The notes beneath the pieces are model-generated. The model saw only the letters and a program-made list of their open reading frames with translations. It was not told where the DNA came from and did not search any database. A stretch of 64,000 nucleotides of DNA from Patescibacteria group bacterium (GTDB lineage: Bacteria > Patescibacteriota > Patescibacteriia > Buchananbacterales > UBA6539), in NCBI GenBank assembly GCA_034003985.1, contig JAVEXP010000002.1:144789-208788 (forward strand), read 5' to 3'. Numbering within the stretch: position 1 is the stretch's first letter; every line of letters begins with the position of its first letter. Shown here in pieces: positions 1 to 8,793 of the stretch. The translations under genes were made by a program, and so were the position numbers.

Positions 1-80
1 TATTTTTCAATGAAGGTTAAGTCAATCACGAGTGGGGACAGATAATACTCATATAACGATTGTTGGCCATAATTAAAAAC

Positions 81-476
81 TTATTTAATTTTGTCAGCAA
101 GTTCTTTAAGTCTATGGAGAGAGAATTTTGATTCCGGCAAGCGAAGCAGTCTAACATTCTTGTCAACTATTTCCTGTACCGCGTCTATATCAAAGTTGCC
201 CTGTGTATCGTCAATTATGTTTTCGAACGCAGTATTTATTTCTAGACTTTTCTGAAACACCGTTCTAAGATCAGATTCTTGACTAGCATTTTCAACAACG
301 GCGTCCTCTAGTTCTTGCCTCATTTGAAGTACATATTCATTAAATTCTTTTTCTGCTCCTGTCTCTGTTTCCTTTGGCTTTAAACCCATCTCTTGAGCCG
401 ATGGTCCTGATTCTCTTAATGACATAGTTTTTATAATTAATATTAAGAATTTTATTATTTCGTCCAATTTTGCCAT
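81..476 (-). CDS. hypothetical protein (small, acidic, no recognisable domain)
   Basis: 131-aa minus-strand ORF in a 400-bp gap before the GT4 gene; coiled-coil-like E/K/D-rich sequence; no motif recognised. Confidence 0.35.
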   Translation of the reverse strand: MAKLDEIIKFLILIIKTMSLRESGPSAQEMGLKPKETETGAEKEFNEYVLQMRQELEDAVVENASQESDLRTVFQKSLEINTAFENIIDDTQGNFDIDAVQEIVDKNVRLLRLPESKFSLHRLKELADKIK

Positions 477-607
477 TATCCCGACTTCATTGATTTTTTG
501 TTGAAAATAAGGTAAAATTTAGTCATTAAGATAGCGCGTATAACCTAGTTATATCATAACAAATAATTATTTAAAGCGCTATTTTTTCTTCTTCATTTAG
601 CTAATTT

Positions 608-1762
608 ATGAAAATCGCCATTGTCACTCCAACTTTTCCACCATATGCCGGCGGTATTGGCAATGTTGCGGCTTTTAACGCCGGTGAGCTGGTTAAGCTT
701 GGGCATCAGGTGACAATTTTTACCCCCAAGTACGAGGAAGCCAAAGAAGAGCTGACCGAGCTGGATATTAAGCGAATTTCACCTTGGTTTAAATATGGCA
801 ATGCCGCCTTTGTTCCAAGCTTGGCTAGGTTGCTTCGGGGTTATGATATTGTCCATCTTCATTATCCATTTTTTGGCGGCGCGGAAAGTATTTGGCTAAG
901 GTCGCATGGTTTAAAAAAACGAGGGGCTAAAATCGTTTTGCATTATCACATGGATGTTATCGGCCAAAGTTGGTTGAAATGGATTTTCAAACTCCATCGG
1001 ATTTTGGTTTTACCCCGAATTGTTAAAATGGCTGATAAAATTATTTTTACCTCGTTGGATTATGGTCAAACCTCGGATTTAGCTAAGTGGTATAAAAAAA
1101 ATCCCGCCAAGTTTTTGGAAGTGCCAAATGGCGTAGATACTAAAAGATTTTTACCTCAACCAAAAGATCAGGCTTTGTTGGCTAAACATCAAATCAATCC
1201 CGATGAGCGGGTAGTGATGTTTGTTGGTGGTTTGGATCAGGCGCATTATTTTAAAGGCATTGAATATTTGATTGAGGCGGTGAGTATTTTGCGTAATGCC
1301 GACTATCCGTGGAAGTTGGTTATTGTCGGAGAGGGGGATTTAAAGCCGCAGTATCAAAATTTGGTTGGTCAGTTAAAGCTGGAATTTCGCGTGGTTTTCA
1401 CCGGTTATGTTCCTAACGACGATTTACCAAAATATTATAATCTTGCTGATTTGGTAGTGCTGCCGTCAGTTGATCGCTCCGAAGCTTTCGGACTATGTTT
1501 GGTGGAAGCGATGAGCTGCGGTAAGCCGGTGGTGGCTTCCGATTTGGCCGGGGTGCGCAGCGTGGTGATTAACGAGATGAATGGTTTATTGGCCAAGCCC
1601 AAGGATGCCAATAATCTAGCTTCCAGAATAAACTTTTTTTTGGCCAACCCCGCTTTGGCTCAGGAATATGGCCGGCAGGGCGTAAATCAGACCAAATTAA
1701 AATATGATTGGCCGATTGTCGCCCAGAAGCTGGATCGGCTCTATCTGGAATTAAAATCTTAA
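608..1762 (+). CDS. glycosyltransferase family 4 (GT-B fold, retaining)
   Basis: 384 aa; C-terminal 'EAFGLCLVEAMSCGKPVVASDLAGVRSVV' matches the GT4 E-x7-E sugar-nucleotide binding signature; 'VGGLDQAHYFKGIEYLIEA' resembles the GT4 linker. Confidence 0.85.
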   Translation: MKIAIVTPTFPPYAGGIGNVAAFNAGELVKLGHQVTIFTPKYEEAKEELTELDIKRISPWFKYGNAAFVPSLARLLRGYDIVHLHYPFFGGAESIWLRSHGLKKRGAKIVLHYHMDVIGQSWLKWIFKLHRILVLPRIVKMADKIIFTSLDYGQTSDLAKWYKKNPAKFLEVPNGVDTKRFLPQPKDQALLAKHQINPDERVVMFVGGLDQAHYFKGIEYLIEAVSILRNADYPWKLVIVGEGDLKPQYQNLVGQLKLEFRVVFTGYVPNDDLPKYYNLADLVVLPSVDRSEAFGLCLVEAMSCGKPVVASDLAGVRSVVINEMNGLLAKPKDANNLASRINFFLANPALAQEYGRQGVNQTKLKYDWPIVAQKLDRLYLELKS

Positions 1763-1764
1763 AT

Positions 1765-2937
1765 ATGAAGATTGCCGTTATTCATAGCTTATTTCGTCCT
1801 TACAAACGCGGCGGCGCTGAAGTGGTGGTTGATATTGTTGTTAATGAACTTACCAAGCTCGGCCATCAGGTGGTTTTAATTACCCTGGGCCGGGAAAACC
1901 GCGTTCAGCAGGAAGGCGACTTGAAAATTTACCGGATTGATCCATTTAATGTTTTTTCCTTTTTAGATATCAACAACCGCCCAATCTGGCTACGGGTTTT
2001 CTGGCATCCGCTGGATGTTTTTAATGTTAGCAGCTATCGTCGGGTTAAAAATATTTTAAAGCAGGAACAGCCTGAAGTGGTTTTGACTCACAATCTTAAA
2101 GGTATCGGTTATCTGGTGCCGCGGGCTATTAAAAAAGCCGGCATTCGACATATTCATACGGTTCATGATGTTCAGCTTTCACGGCCGTCTGGTTTAATCA
2201 TTTATGGCCAGGAAAAACCTTTCTTGTTGATTGACAAGGTTTACGAAAAAACGGTTCGGCGCTTGATGGGCAGTCCCGATGTTGTAATTTCGCCTTCGCG
2301 TTGGTTGATGGGATATTACCAAGCTAGGGGATTTTTTTATGAGTCAAAAAAAATTATTTTGCCCAATCCGATTATTTTTAAAAAAGTTGACAAACAGCCT
2401 GATGATGAAGCCGCCAGCCAGATTATTAAATTGATTTTTGTCGGCCAACTTGAACGCTTTAAAGGCATTTTGTTTTTAATTGAAGCTTTAAAAAAAATTA
2501 GCTCCCCAAATTGGCAGTTGTTGATTGTCGGTTCTGGCGGGGCGGAAACCGAAGTTAAGCAGGCAGTTGATGGTGACCAGCATTTTCAATTGATCGGGCG
2601 GGTGGAGCAAAATAAGCTGGCTGATTATTATCGTCAGGCCGATTTGACGGTGGTGCCGTCACTATGTTATGAAAATTCGCCCAAGGTTATCGACGAAAGC
2701 TTGGTGGCTAATGTGCCGGTGATTGCCTCGGATATCGGCGGAGTCAGCGAGATTGTCAAAGACGATTACAACGGCTTTACTTTTGCGCCCGGTAATCAGG
2801 AAAATTTAATTGAGGTTTTAGAATACTTCTTGAATCATCCCGAAAAAATCGCGGAATTAAAAAAGAACTGCTTTGTGTCAGTCCGCAACTTTTCGGTTGG
2901 CAATTATTTGAAAAAAATTATTTCTCTTATCCAATAA
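1765..2937 (+). CDS. glycosyltransferase family 4 (second copy)
   Basis: Start moved to ATG at 1765 ('MKIAVIHS', same N-terminus style as the preceding GT4); overlaps the upstream stop, suggesting translational coupling. 'ENSPKVIDESLVANVPVIASDIGGVSEIV' matches the GT4 C-terminal motif. Confidence 0.8.
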   Translation: MKIAVIHSLFRPYKRGGAEVVVDIVVNELTKLGHQVVLITLGRENRVQQEGDLKIYRIDPFNVFSFLDINNRPIWLRVFWHPLDVFNVSSYRRVKNILKQEQPEVVLTHNLKGIGYLVPRAIKKAGIRHIHTVHDVQLSRPSGLIIYGQEKPFLLIDKVYEKTVRRLMGSPDVVISPSRWLMGYYQARGFFYESKKIILPNPIIFKKVDKQPDDEAASQIIKLIFVGQLERFKGILFLIEALKKISSPNWQLLIVGSGGAETEVKQAVDGDQHFQLIGRVEQNKLADYYRQADLTVVPSLCYENSPKVIDESLVANVPVIASDIGGVSEIVKDDYNGFTFAPGNQENLIEVLEYFLNHPEKIAELKKNCFVSVRNFSVGNYLKKIISLIQ

Positions 2938-2945
2938 AAGATTTA

Positions 2946-2977
2946 GAGCCGCTGACATGGGGAGTAGTCAGCGGCTC
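2946..2977. terminator. perfect 11-bp stem hairpin (GAGCCGCTGAC/GTCAGCGGCTC) between convergent genes
   Basis: Inverted repeat read directly in the sequence. It is followed on the plus strand by a G8 tract and on the minus strand by a T-rich stretch, so it could terminate either or both convergent genes. Confidence 0.45.
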
Positions 2978-3000
2978 CTGAGGGGGGGGAGGGAAGGTGT

Positions 3001-3372
3001 CTAGTCGACGCCGGCCGGTTGCAAGCACTTGTGTGCTGCTTCGGTTGCGGCGAGTTGTGCCATGTAGGCACTGACACCGCCAGCGTAGGGGCGAGCGCTC
3101 TCAAGCGCCTGAAGTTCGCCGATGCGACCGTTGATGGCATTCGTCATGTCCAGGAAGTTGGGTGGGTTGCACCCAATCGGGAAATTGTCGCACAGACACT
3201 TCCACAGTTCCTGGCCGATCAGCGGATTCTGGGGATTATCTCCCGTTAGCGTGGCGACGGCGTCGCACACATCCGCTTCGGGCGCATCGATCGCGTCCGC
3301 AACCTGTCGCAACAATTCGGCGAGTTCCTCGTGGCCATTGGCCAGTTCATTGAAGGTGCGTTTGAGTGGCAT
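3001..3372 (-). CDS. hypothetical small Cys-containing protein on a GC-rich (foreign-looking) island
   Basis: 123-aa ORF. Local GC is far above the window background, with GC-rich codon use. An AGGAG-like RBS ('aggagatcaagg') lies upstream of the ATG. No domain recognised. Confidence 0.5.
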   Translation of the reverse strand: MPLKRTFNELANGHEELAELLRQVADAIDAPEADVCDAVATLTGDNPQNPLIGQELWKCLCDNFPIGCNPPNFLDMTNAINGRIGELQALESARPYAGGVSAYMAQLAATEAAHKCLQPAGVD

Positions 3373-3415
3373 GCCTTGATCTCCTATGGTTTTTGGGCTC
3401 CTGCCAGTTGTCTGT

Positions 3416-3424
3416 ATAATAGCA
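3416..3424 (-). promoter_or_regulatory. putative extended -10 (TGcTATTAT on minus strand) for the GC-rich gene 3001..3372
   Basis: Minus-strand 'AAAATATGCTATTATAC' about 45 nt upstream of the start codon. The same 15-mer context occurs upstream of the second GC-rich gene (25851..25859). Confidence 0.35.
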
Positions 3425-3573
3425 TATTTTATTGATTAAGTCAATATAAAAGTAATAAAAAAAGACTAAATTAAGGTATTTTTAAAGTCAAAATCGTCAT
3501 ATTTTTGCTGTTGTGAAATTTAAAGTTTGGTTTTTTGATATGTGTCTGTTATCCGGATAGAATATGTTCAATA

Positions 3574-3827
3574 TGTCATCCTGGATTACCCATTCTGTAA
3601 TCCCGAGTATTCTTATTGTCATCCTGAATCCTCCATTCTGTCATCCTGAGCGAAGCGAAGGATCTAGATTCTTCGGCCTGCGGCCTCAGAATGACACGGA
3701 ATTTAAGTTTAATAATTTAAAACAGCTAATCTATATTTTTTCATATCATTCTTCTGTCATCCTGAGTCCCGACACGAATACTCCCTTTGTCATCCTGAGT
3801 CACGACGCAGTCGGGACGAAGGATCTC
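3574..3827. repeat. cluster of five copies of a short dispersed repeat (core TGTCATCCTGA[GA]); two copies extend into hairpin-forming modules
   Basis: Copies at 3574, 3617, 3639-3695 (TGTCATCCTGAGCGAAGCGAAGGATCT...CCTCAGAATGACA, a near-perfect inverted repeat), 3755 and 3788-3827 (contains the GTCCCGAC/GTCGGGAC palindrome). A sixth copy lies at 10893..10926. Confidence 0.7.
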
Positions 3828-3897
3828 TAAGATTTACGAATTTAATAAAAAACACGCCGATTTGATATTGATCAGCGCTTATATTAGTTATTAAATT

Positions 3898-6000
3898 TTA
3901 TGGCAGCCTGTATTTAAAAATGTAGATTTTACCGCCGTCAATGATGATGATGTCATCAGCTTGGGCTGACGCTTTGGCGGCAATTTTTTCGGCATCTTTC
4001 CAGTATTGATTCAAAACAAAATAGCTTTCGCTCACTCGGGCTTGGCTCATCGCTTGTTCCATTGTCTGGCGCGGAGTATCTTGATAAACCATTGCTAAAT
4101 AGTAATTGTAAAAATTTTGGGCGTTTCCGTTGGGCAGGGAATAATAAAATTCCTCACCAAAATATTTTTTAAAGCCAAATTCCTTGATTGCTGCCGCACC
4201 TACCATTTGGTTGGCCAACACCAGATGATTGGGGTTGGCGGTTTGTTCAATATAATTAACGGCTTTAAGGTCGGCTGCCGATAGACTAAAAAATTTAGCC
4301 GGTTCGTAATTGTTCAGCCGGGGGTAAGATAAATACAGGCTGATGTTTAATAATCCGGCCAGCCCAATAATCACCAGCAGTTTAGTCGCCCAGTCATATT
4401 CCCATAATTTTTTGATTAGCAAATAAACTCCTAGCAAAAAGAAGGGGATTAAAACATAGAATGCTAAAGTCAATAATCGGGAAGTAAAGCTTTCCTGGTC
4501 GTATTCGCGCAAGCTGGAAAAATCCATGAAATATTTGACGATGATGAAATCAATAAATACCACCATCGCCGAAACCAGGTAGCCCGAATTATTTTTGAGC
4601 AATTTGTACTTGGCAATATAAATCAGCCCAATTAGAACGATGGCCCCGGCCAGTACGATTTTGTTAATATTGATTAAATAAACCAGATTCAACGGTAGGT
4701 CAAAGCCGTTTAACCAGCCGCCCAGCCATTGTAAATCTCGCCAGCCCAGATCGGGTAAATTCAGGTTCAGGCCCGAGCCATTGAGTGCCAATGCCAATGG
4801 AATAAAGACGGTAAAGATAATGGCTGTTAAAAAGTATAGGCTTAAATATTGGCGGTAGCTGTGGTAAAGTTTTTTAAACAGCATCAGTAAAAATATACTG
4901 ATAGCCAGCGGAATTCCTGCCAGCGGATGGATCACCAAAGTCGCTGCCACCAGCAGCCATAAAGCTGTTGGCGACAATTGATTTTTGTAATACAAAAACG
5001 ACAGGACAATAGTTATTAAAAACAGCAGGTTGGCGAAGTTTTGCGGGGCAGTCATAATAAAACCGCCATAAGGCATGATTAAAATTGCCAGCGCCAAAAC
5101 CAGAGCGTATTTTTTTTCCAGCCATTGGCTAAAAACATAAAAGATGCTTGGCCCCGAAAAAATCGCAAACATCGCCGGTACCAATATTCGGTCAATGATC
5201 GTGTAGTCAATACTGGTCAAGTAGTGTAAAAAAATCACCAGACCATATTGTCCCAAGTAGTATAATGGTCGGGGAGTAATGGTGCCAGTAGTCAGAATGA
5301 TTTTTTCGCTGGCTTGGTGGATGAACGGGTCAAACCCGTAACCGATTTGGTAGACGATTACGGCAATTCCGCTGCTTAATAAACCATGGAGGACAATCAG
5401 TGTTAGTGGCAGTTTGGTTCGTTTCGACCGCAACAGGTAGATTGTCAAAATCGTGCTGGCTGAAAAATATAAAACAAAAAAGTATCGGCTGATAACCTGC
5501 CAAGGTGATTGGATTGATTCAACGGTTTGGCCTTGCCAGACCAGCCAAGTCGCCAAACCGGCTGAAATCAAATAGCCCAAAACCAGCAGAAAATTGGTTT
5601 TTGGTTCGCGCCGTTCGTCAAATTTAGCCAGGTAGTTCTTTAGACTCCGCCACAATGAAAATTTTTCCGTCAGCTCGGTATAATAATAAGGCGTGGCTAA
5701 AATGGCGGGAATCAAAAAGATAAGCAATACAAAAAAATAAGCATTGAACTGATACAGGTAAATCGCACTGCCACCGGTTAAAGCGACGGCGGCAAACATA
5801 AACAAAATACCAAAGAGTATTTGCCAGCCTTTTTCGGGGATAAAAATCGATCCGAAAATTGATCCAAAAAATAGCAGATAAACCCCGCCAACGGCCAGCG
5901 CGACGATTTGATTGTGCCACCAAAGGAAATTAGCCGTAATTAAAAAACCCAACAGGCCGCTGACAGCAAGATAATTTAATTTGGAAATTTTGTCATTCAT
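3898..6000 (-). CDS. polytopic integral membrane protein with C-terminal soluble domain (possible GT-C glycosyltransferase / polymerase-like)
   Basis: 700 aa. More than 12 hydrophobic helices span the first ~560 aa, followed by a ~140-aa hydrophilic tail. It is divergent from a GT-C gene and adjacent to GT4 genes. No catalytic motif confirmed. Confidence 0.4.
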   Translation of the reverse strand: MNDKISKLNYLAVSGLLGFLITANFLWWHNQIVALAVGGVYLLFFGSIFGSIFIPEKGWQILFGILFMFAAVALTGGSAIYLYQFNAYFFVLLIFLIPAILATPYYYTELTEKFSLWRSLKNYLAKFDERREPKTNFLLVLGYLISAGLATWLVWQGQTVESIQSPWQVISRYFFVLYFSASTILTIYLLRSKRTKLPLTLIVLHGLLSSGIAVIVYQIGYGFDPFIHQASEKIILTTGTITPRPLYYLGQYGLVIFLHYLTSIDYTIIDRILVPAMFAIFSGPSIFYVFSQWLEKKYALVLALAILIMPYGGFIMTAPQNFANLLFLITIVLSFLYYKNQLSPTALWLLVAATLVIHPLAGIPLAISIFLLMLFKKLYHSYRQYLSLYFLTAIIFTVFIPLALALNGSGLNLNLPDLGWRDLQWLGGWLNGFDLPLNLVYLININKIVLAGAIVLIGLIYIAKYKLLKNNSGYLVSAMVVFIDFIIVKYFMDFSSLREYDQESFTSRLLTLAFYVLIPFFLLGVYLLIKKLWEYDWATKLLVIIGLAGLLNISLYLSYPRLNNYEPAKFFSLSAADLKAVNYIEQTANPNHLVLANQMVGAAAIKEFGFKKYFGEEFYYSLPNGNAQNFYNYYLAMVYQDTPRQTMEQAMSQARVSESYFVLNQYWKDAEKIAAKASAQADDIIIIDGGKIYIFKYRLP

Positions 6001-6054
6001 AACCTTAGTTTTAATTTTAGCACAAATTGGTTAATTTTTGCTATAATTAAATTA

Positions 6055-7650
6055 ATGCTGACTAATCGTTTGCCAAATAATTCACCTTTATCATCGTCAA
6101 GATACCTTTTGGCCGGTTTGGCGTTGGTTTTTTTGGTGGTTTATTGTTTTTTGGCTACACCAATTGCCACCGATACTAATGTTGGCCAGCGGTTTGATTG
6201 GCCCGATGAAACCGCCAATTATTTTTGGTCGAAATATTATGCCCAATCCGGCGAACTGACCGCACCCGAGCCGCTTAATTTTGTCGCTCAAAACCAGATT
6301 TATCCCCGCAGTTTCAATGTCCGATCCGACGGTTCGCTGGTGCCGGGAAGTTTTTTGGGTTTGATTTTGCTTTTCGGCACAATCGCTAAAATTTTTGGCA
6401 GTTGGTCGTTGATTTATTTAACGCCGCTGTTGGGTGTTTTAGCAGTCTTTGCTTTTTACATTATTGTCAAAGAAATTTTTAATCCTAAAATTGCGTTAAT
6501 CGCTGCGATTTTGATGTTGTTTAATCCGGCCTGGTGGTATTATTCAGTGACCGCAATGCTGCCCAATGTCGCGTTTGTTTCTTTGCTATTAATGAGCATC
6601 GCGTTCCTGTTTGGCAAAAAATTTGATTATTGGCAGCTGCTGCTCTCGGCTTTCCTACTTGGTTTAGCGGTTTTAGTCCGGCCGTCAGAATTTATTTGGA
6701 TTGGTTTTATTTATTTAGTCCTGGTTTTTTATCTGCGGCCAAAATTGAATTTGGTTAAAGTCATTTTATATTTAGCCGTGGTCGCCACCGTGATTCTACC
6801 GATTTTTTATCAACAGCAGATTTTGTACGGCAGCTTTCTGGCTTCCGGTTATAGCCAGCTTCAAGACCAGTCATCTACTTGCCAGTGGTGCGATACGGTC
6901 AAGTCTTTGATCTTGCCTTTTGGTTTTCATCCACGATTGTTGGCCAGCAATCTCTGGACTCATTATTTCAGCCGGTTGTGGTGGTTGTCGCTGTTGGCGG
7001 TTTTGGGATTAGTAGCTTTCTTGACTCAACGCGGCAAACCTAAACCCGAAACTTTTGTTTATATTTTACTCAGCTTGGTAATTTTTGGCTGGCTGGGCGT
7101 ATACTACGGCAGTTGGGAATTTGCCGATCAGTTGACTGTTCACTTAAACACTTTGGGGTTGTCCTATGTTCGTTATTGGCTGCCGTTATATTTGATGGCT
7201 TTGCCTTTTGTGGCAATTAGTTTGATATTTTTGTCTCAATTTTTTCCTCCGCGCTGGCGCCGGTTGGTTATCGCCTTCCTGCTTTTGGCTTTATTTTATC
7301 AATCTGCCAGCTTGGTGCTGTTTAAAAAACCAGACAGTATTGTGCCGGTGCGCCAGCGAATTGCCGAATATAAAAATGTCGCACGCCAGGTTTATGATTT
7401 AACACCCGAAGATGCTGTTATTGTCACAGTTCGTAAAGACAAGGTTTTTTTTCCTCAGCGGGCGGTAATTCATACTTTCGAGGCGCTGTCTTTGAATCCG
7501 GCTTTAATTGAAATTCTGCCGGCCTTGAAAACCAAAGTGCCTTTATATTATTACGCTTTGGGTCCTGAACCGCAGCTAAAAATCGCTGATAATTTGATTT
7601 TGGAAGAAGTGGCCAATATTGGCCAGGAAGTTTTATACCAAATCAAATGA
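6055..7650 (+). CDS. GT-C fold glycosyltransferase (ArnT / PMT, GT39/GT83-like)
   Basis: 531 aa, multi-pass. The first extracytoplasmic loop carries 'FDWPDETANYF', resembling the conserved D-E motif of ArnT/PMT-family GT-C enzymes. Confidence 0.6.
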   Translation: MLTNRLPNNSPLSSSRYLLAGLALVFLVVYCFLATPIATDTNVGQRFDWPDETANYFWSKYYAQSGELTAPEPLNFVAQNQIYPRSFNVRSDGSLVPGSFLGLILLFGTIAKIFGSWSLIYLTPLLGVLAVFAFYIIVKEIFNPKIALIAAILMLFNPAWWYYSVTAMLPNVAFVSLLLMSIAFLFGKKFDYWQLLLSAFLLGLAVLVRPSEFIWIGFIYLVLVFYLRPKLNLVKVILYLAVVATVILPIFYQQQILYGSFLASGYSQLQDQSSTCQWCDTVKSLILPFGFHPRLLASNLWTHYFSRLWWLSLLAVLGLVAFLTQRGKPKPETFVYILLSLVIFGWLGVYYGSWEFADQLTVHLNTLGLSYVRYWLPLYLMALPFVAISLIFLSQFFPPRWRRLVIAFLLLALFYQSASLVLFKKPDSIVPVRQRIAEYKNVARQVYDLTPEDAVIVTVRKDKVFFPQRAVIHTFEALSLNPALIEILPALKTKVPLYYYALGPEPQLKIADNLILEEVANIGQEVLYQIK

Positions 7651-8156
7651 ACAAACGCTGGTTTGCCATTATTAAGATTCTTGTTATTTTATTGCCTTTG
7701 GGTTTGGGCTTGTGGCTAATCAATAAAAATGTGCCGGTTTATGGTGATTTGGTAATCAATGCTGACTTTCAACATGCCCAAGGCGCTTTGTCGTTGATTG
7801 GTCCCGAAATTCGCACCAAATACCAGGATGGCGTTTTGGCTATTTTGGAAAGTCCGGTTTATTTTGATTTGCGCAGTCTGCCCTGGTTTAAGGCCGCTAG
7901 AATTTATTTGACTTTTAAATCTCAGGGCGCGGCATTGGAAGGCTTGGCACCTCAGGTTGGTCCGGGCTGGCAATATCAGCTGATTAAACCGATGGTAATA
8001 ATGGACTTGGACGACGGCTGGCAAAAAGCAGTTTTTGAATTTAATCTTACTGAGATTTATCAAGCCAAAAATGTTAAACGATTTTTAATTTCAACCATTC
8101 CGCAAACTGACGGGGGATTGTTGATTAAAGATTTGACTATTATTTTAGTCCGATGA
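7647..8156 (+). CDS. hypothetical protein with N-terminal TM anchor
   Basis: 169 aa; ATGA overlap with the upstream GT-C gene suggests translational coupling. Confidence 0.4.
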   Translation: MNKRWFAIIKILVILLPLGLGLWLINKNVPVYGDLVINADFQHAQGALSLIGPEIRTKYQDGVLAILESPVYFDLRSLPWFKAARIYLTFKSQGAALEGLAPQVGPGWQYQLIKPMVIMDLDDGWQKAVFEFNLTEIYQAKNVKRFLISTIPQTDGGLLIKDLTIILVR

Positions 8157-8347
8157 TTTTTTCCCGGATTGATAATTTTTTAAAACCAATTTTACGGCTG
8201 ATTTTTCGTGTCAGCCTGGTTACTTTTTTATTTTTACTAACATTGGAGTATGTTTTTCCAGGTTTTGTAACCAATTGGTTTAATCCGATTTGGATCTTGA
8301 TTTTAAGCCTATTTTGCGCTATAATTGTTATTACTTGCTATGATTAA
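8153..8347 (+). CDS. small hydrophobic membrane protein
   Basis: 64 aa with two predicted TM helices; overlaps both neighbours by a few bases. Confidence 0.3.
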   Translation: MIFSRIDNFLKPILRLIFRVSLVTFLFLLTLEYVFPGFVTNWFNPIWILILSLFCAIIVITCYD

Positions 8348-8789
8348 AGATGTTGTCATAACTAATCTGGAAAAGTTTCACGACAATCGCGGTTGGTTGG
8401 CTGAAATTTTTCGTAATGACCAATCCGAATTTCGGCCGGCGATGGGTTATGTTTCGCAAACTTTGCCCGGCGTAGTTCGCGGTCCCCATGAACATCAGGA
8501 ACAGTCTGATTTTTTTGTTTTCCTGTTTGGCACCTTTCGGCTTTACCTTTGGGATAATCGCGAAGGTTCGGCCAATTATCGTCAGCTGGAAACTTACGAA
8601 GTTGGTGAAAATAATCCGGCTGGTGTAATTATTCCACCCGGTGTCGTCCATGCTTATAAATGTATTTCGGAAAACCCCGGGCTGGTGATTAATTTACCCA
8701 ATGAACTTTATCGGGGTAACAATAAGGCCGATGCAGTCGACGAGATTCGCTGGGAAGATGATCAATCGTCGCCATTTGTGGTGGAATAA
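8340..8789 (+). CDS. rmlC: dTDP-4-dehydrorhamnose 3,5-epimerase-like cupin (RmlC-like)
   Basis: Start set at ATG 8340. N-terminal 'ITNLEKFHDNRGWLAEIF' resembles the RmlC 'DeRGfF.E.f' motif, and 'VVRGPHEHQ' matches the RGxHxH/Q active-site region. It sits beside the rfbB and rfbD homologues. Confidence 0.65.
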   Translation: MIKDVVITNLEKFHDNRGWLAEIFRNDQSEFRPAMGYVSQTLPGVVRGPHEHQEQSDFFVFLFGTFRLYLWDNREGSANYRQLETYEVGENNPAGVIIPPGVVHAYKCISENPGLVINLPNELYRGNNKADAVDEIRWEDDQSSPFVVE

Positions 8790-8793
8790 AAAT

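Noticed and set aside
1708-1764. Upstream extension of the second GT4 ORF (MADCRPEAGSALSGIKILN...)
   Set aside because: It overlaps the C-terminus of the first GT4 in another frame. ATG 1765 gives an N-terminus (MKIAVIHS) parallel to the first GT4 (MKIAIVTP).
2978-2998. G8 tracts (also 24964-24971) as classical slipped-strand phase-variation switches
   Set aside because: Both tracts are intergenic, lying between convergent genes, so they are not inside a reading frame or in a -10/-35 spacer. Length variation could still modulate termination, but a phase-variation claim is not supported by sequence alone.
3574-3827. Possible CRISPR array
   Set aside because: Repeat units are 12-40 bp with irregular spacing (30-60 bp) and variable extensions. 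There is no uniform repeat/spacer periodicity and no cas genes nearby.
3564-3830. 88-aa plus-strand ORF spanning the repeat cluster
   Set aside because: Its sequence is a concatenation of the TGTCATCCTGAG repeat translations (repeated 'VILNPPFCHPERSEG...VILSPDT...VILSHDA'). It is almost certainly an artefact of repeats in an intergenic gap rather than a gene.
1435-6291. Short antisense ORFs inside GT4 and membrane-protein genes (1435..1647, 4874..5125, 5624..5923, 6097..6291 and similar ones throughout the track)
   Set aside because: They are fully contained within longer, motif-supported genes on the opposite strand. This is typical of shadow ORFs in low-GC DNA.
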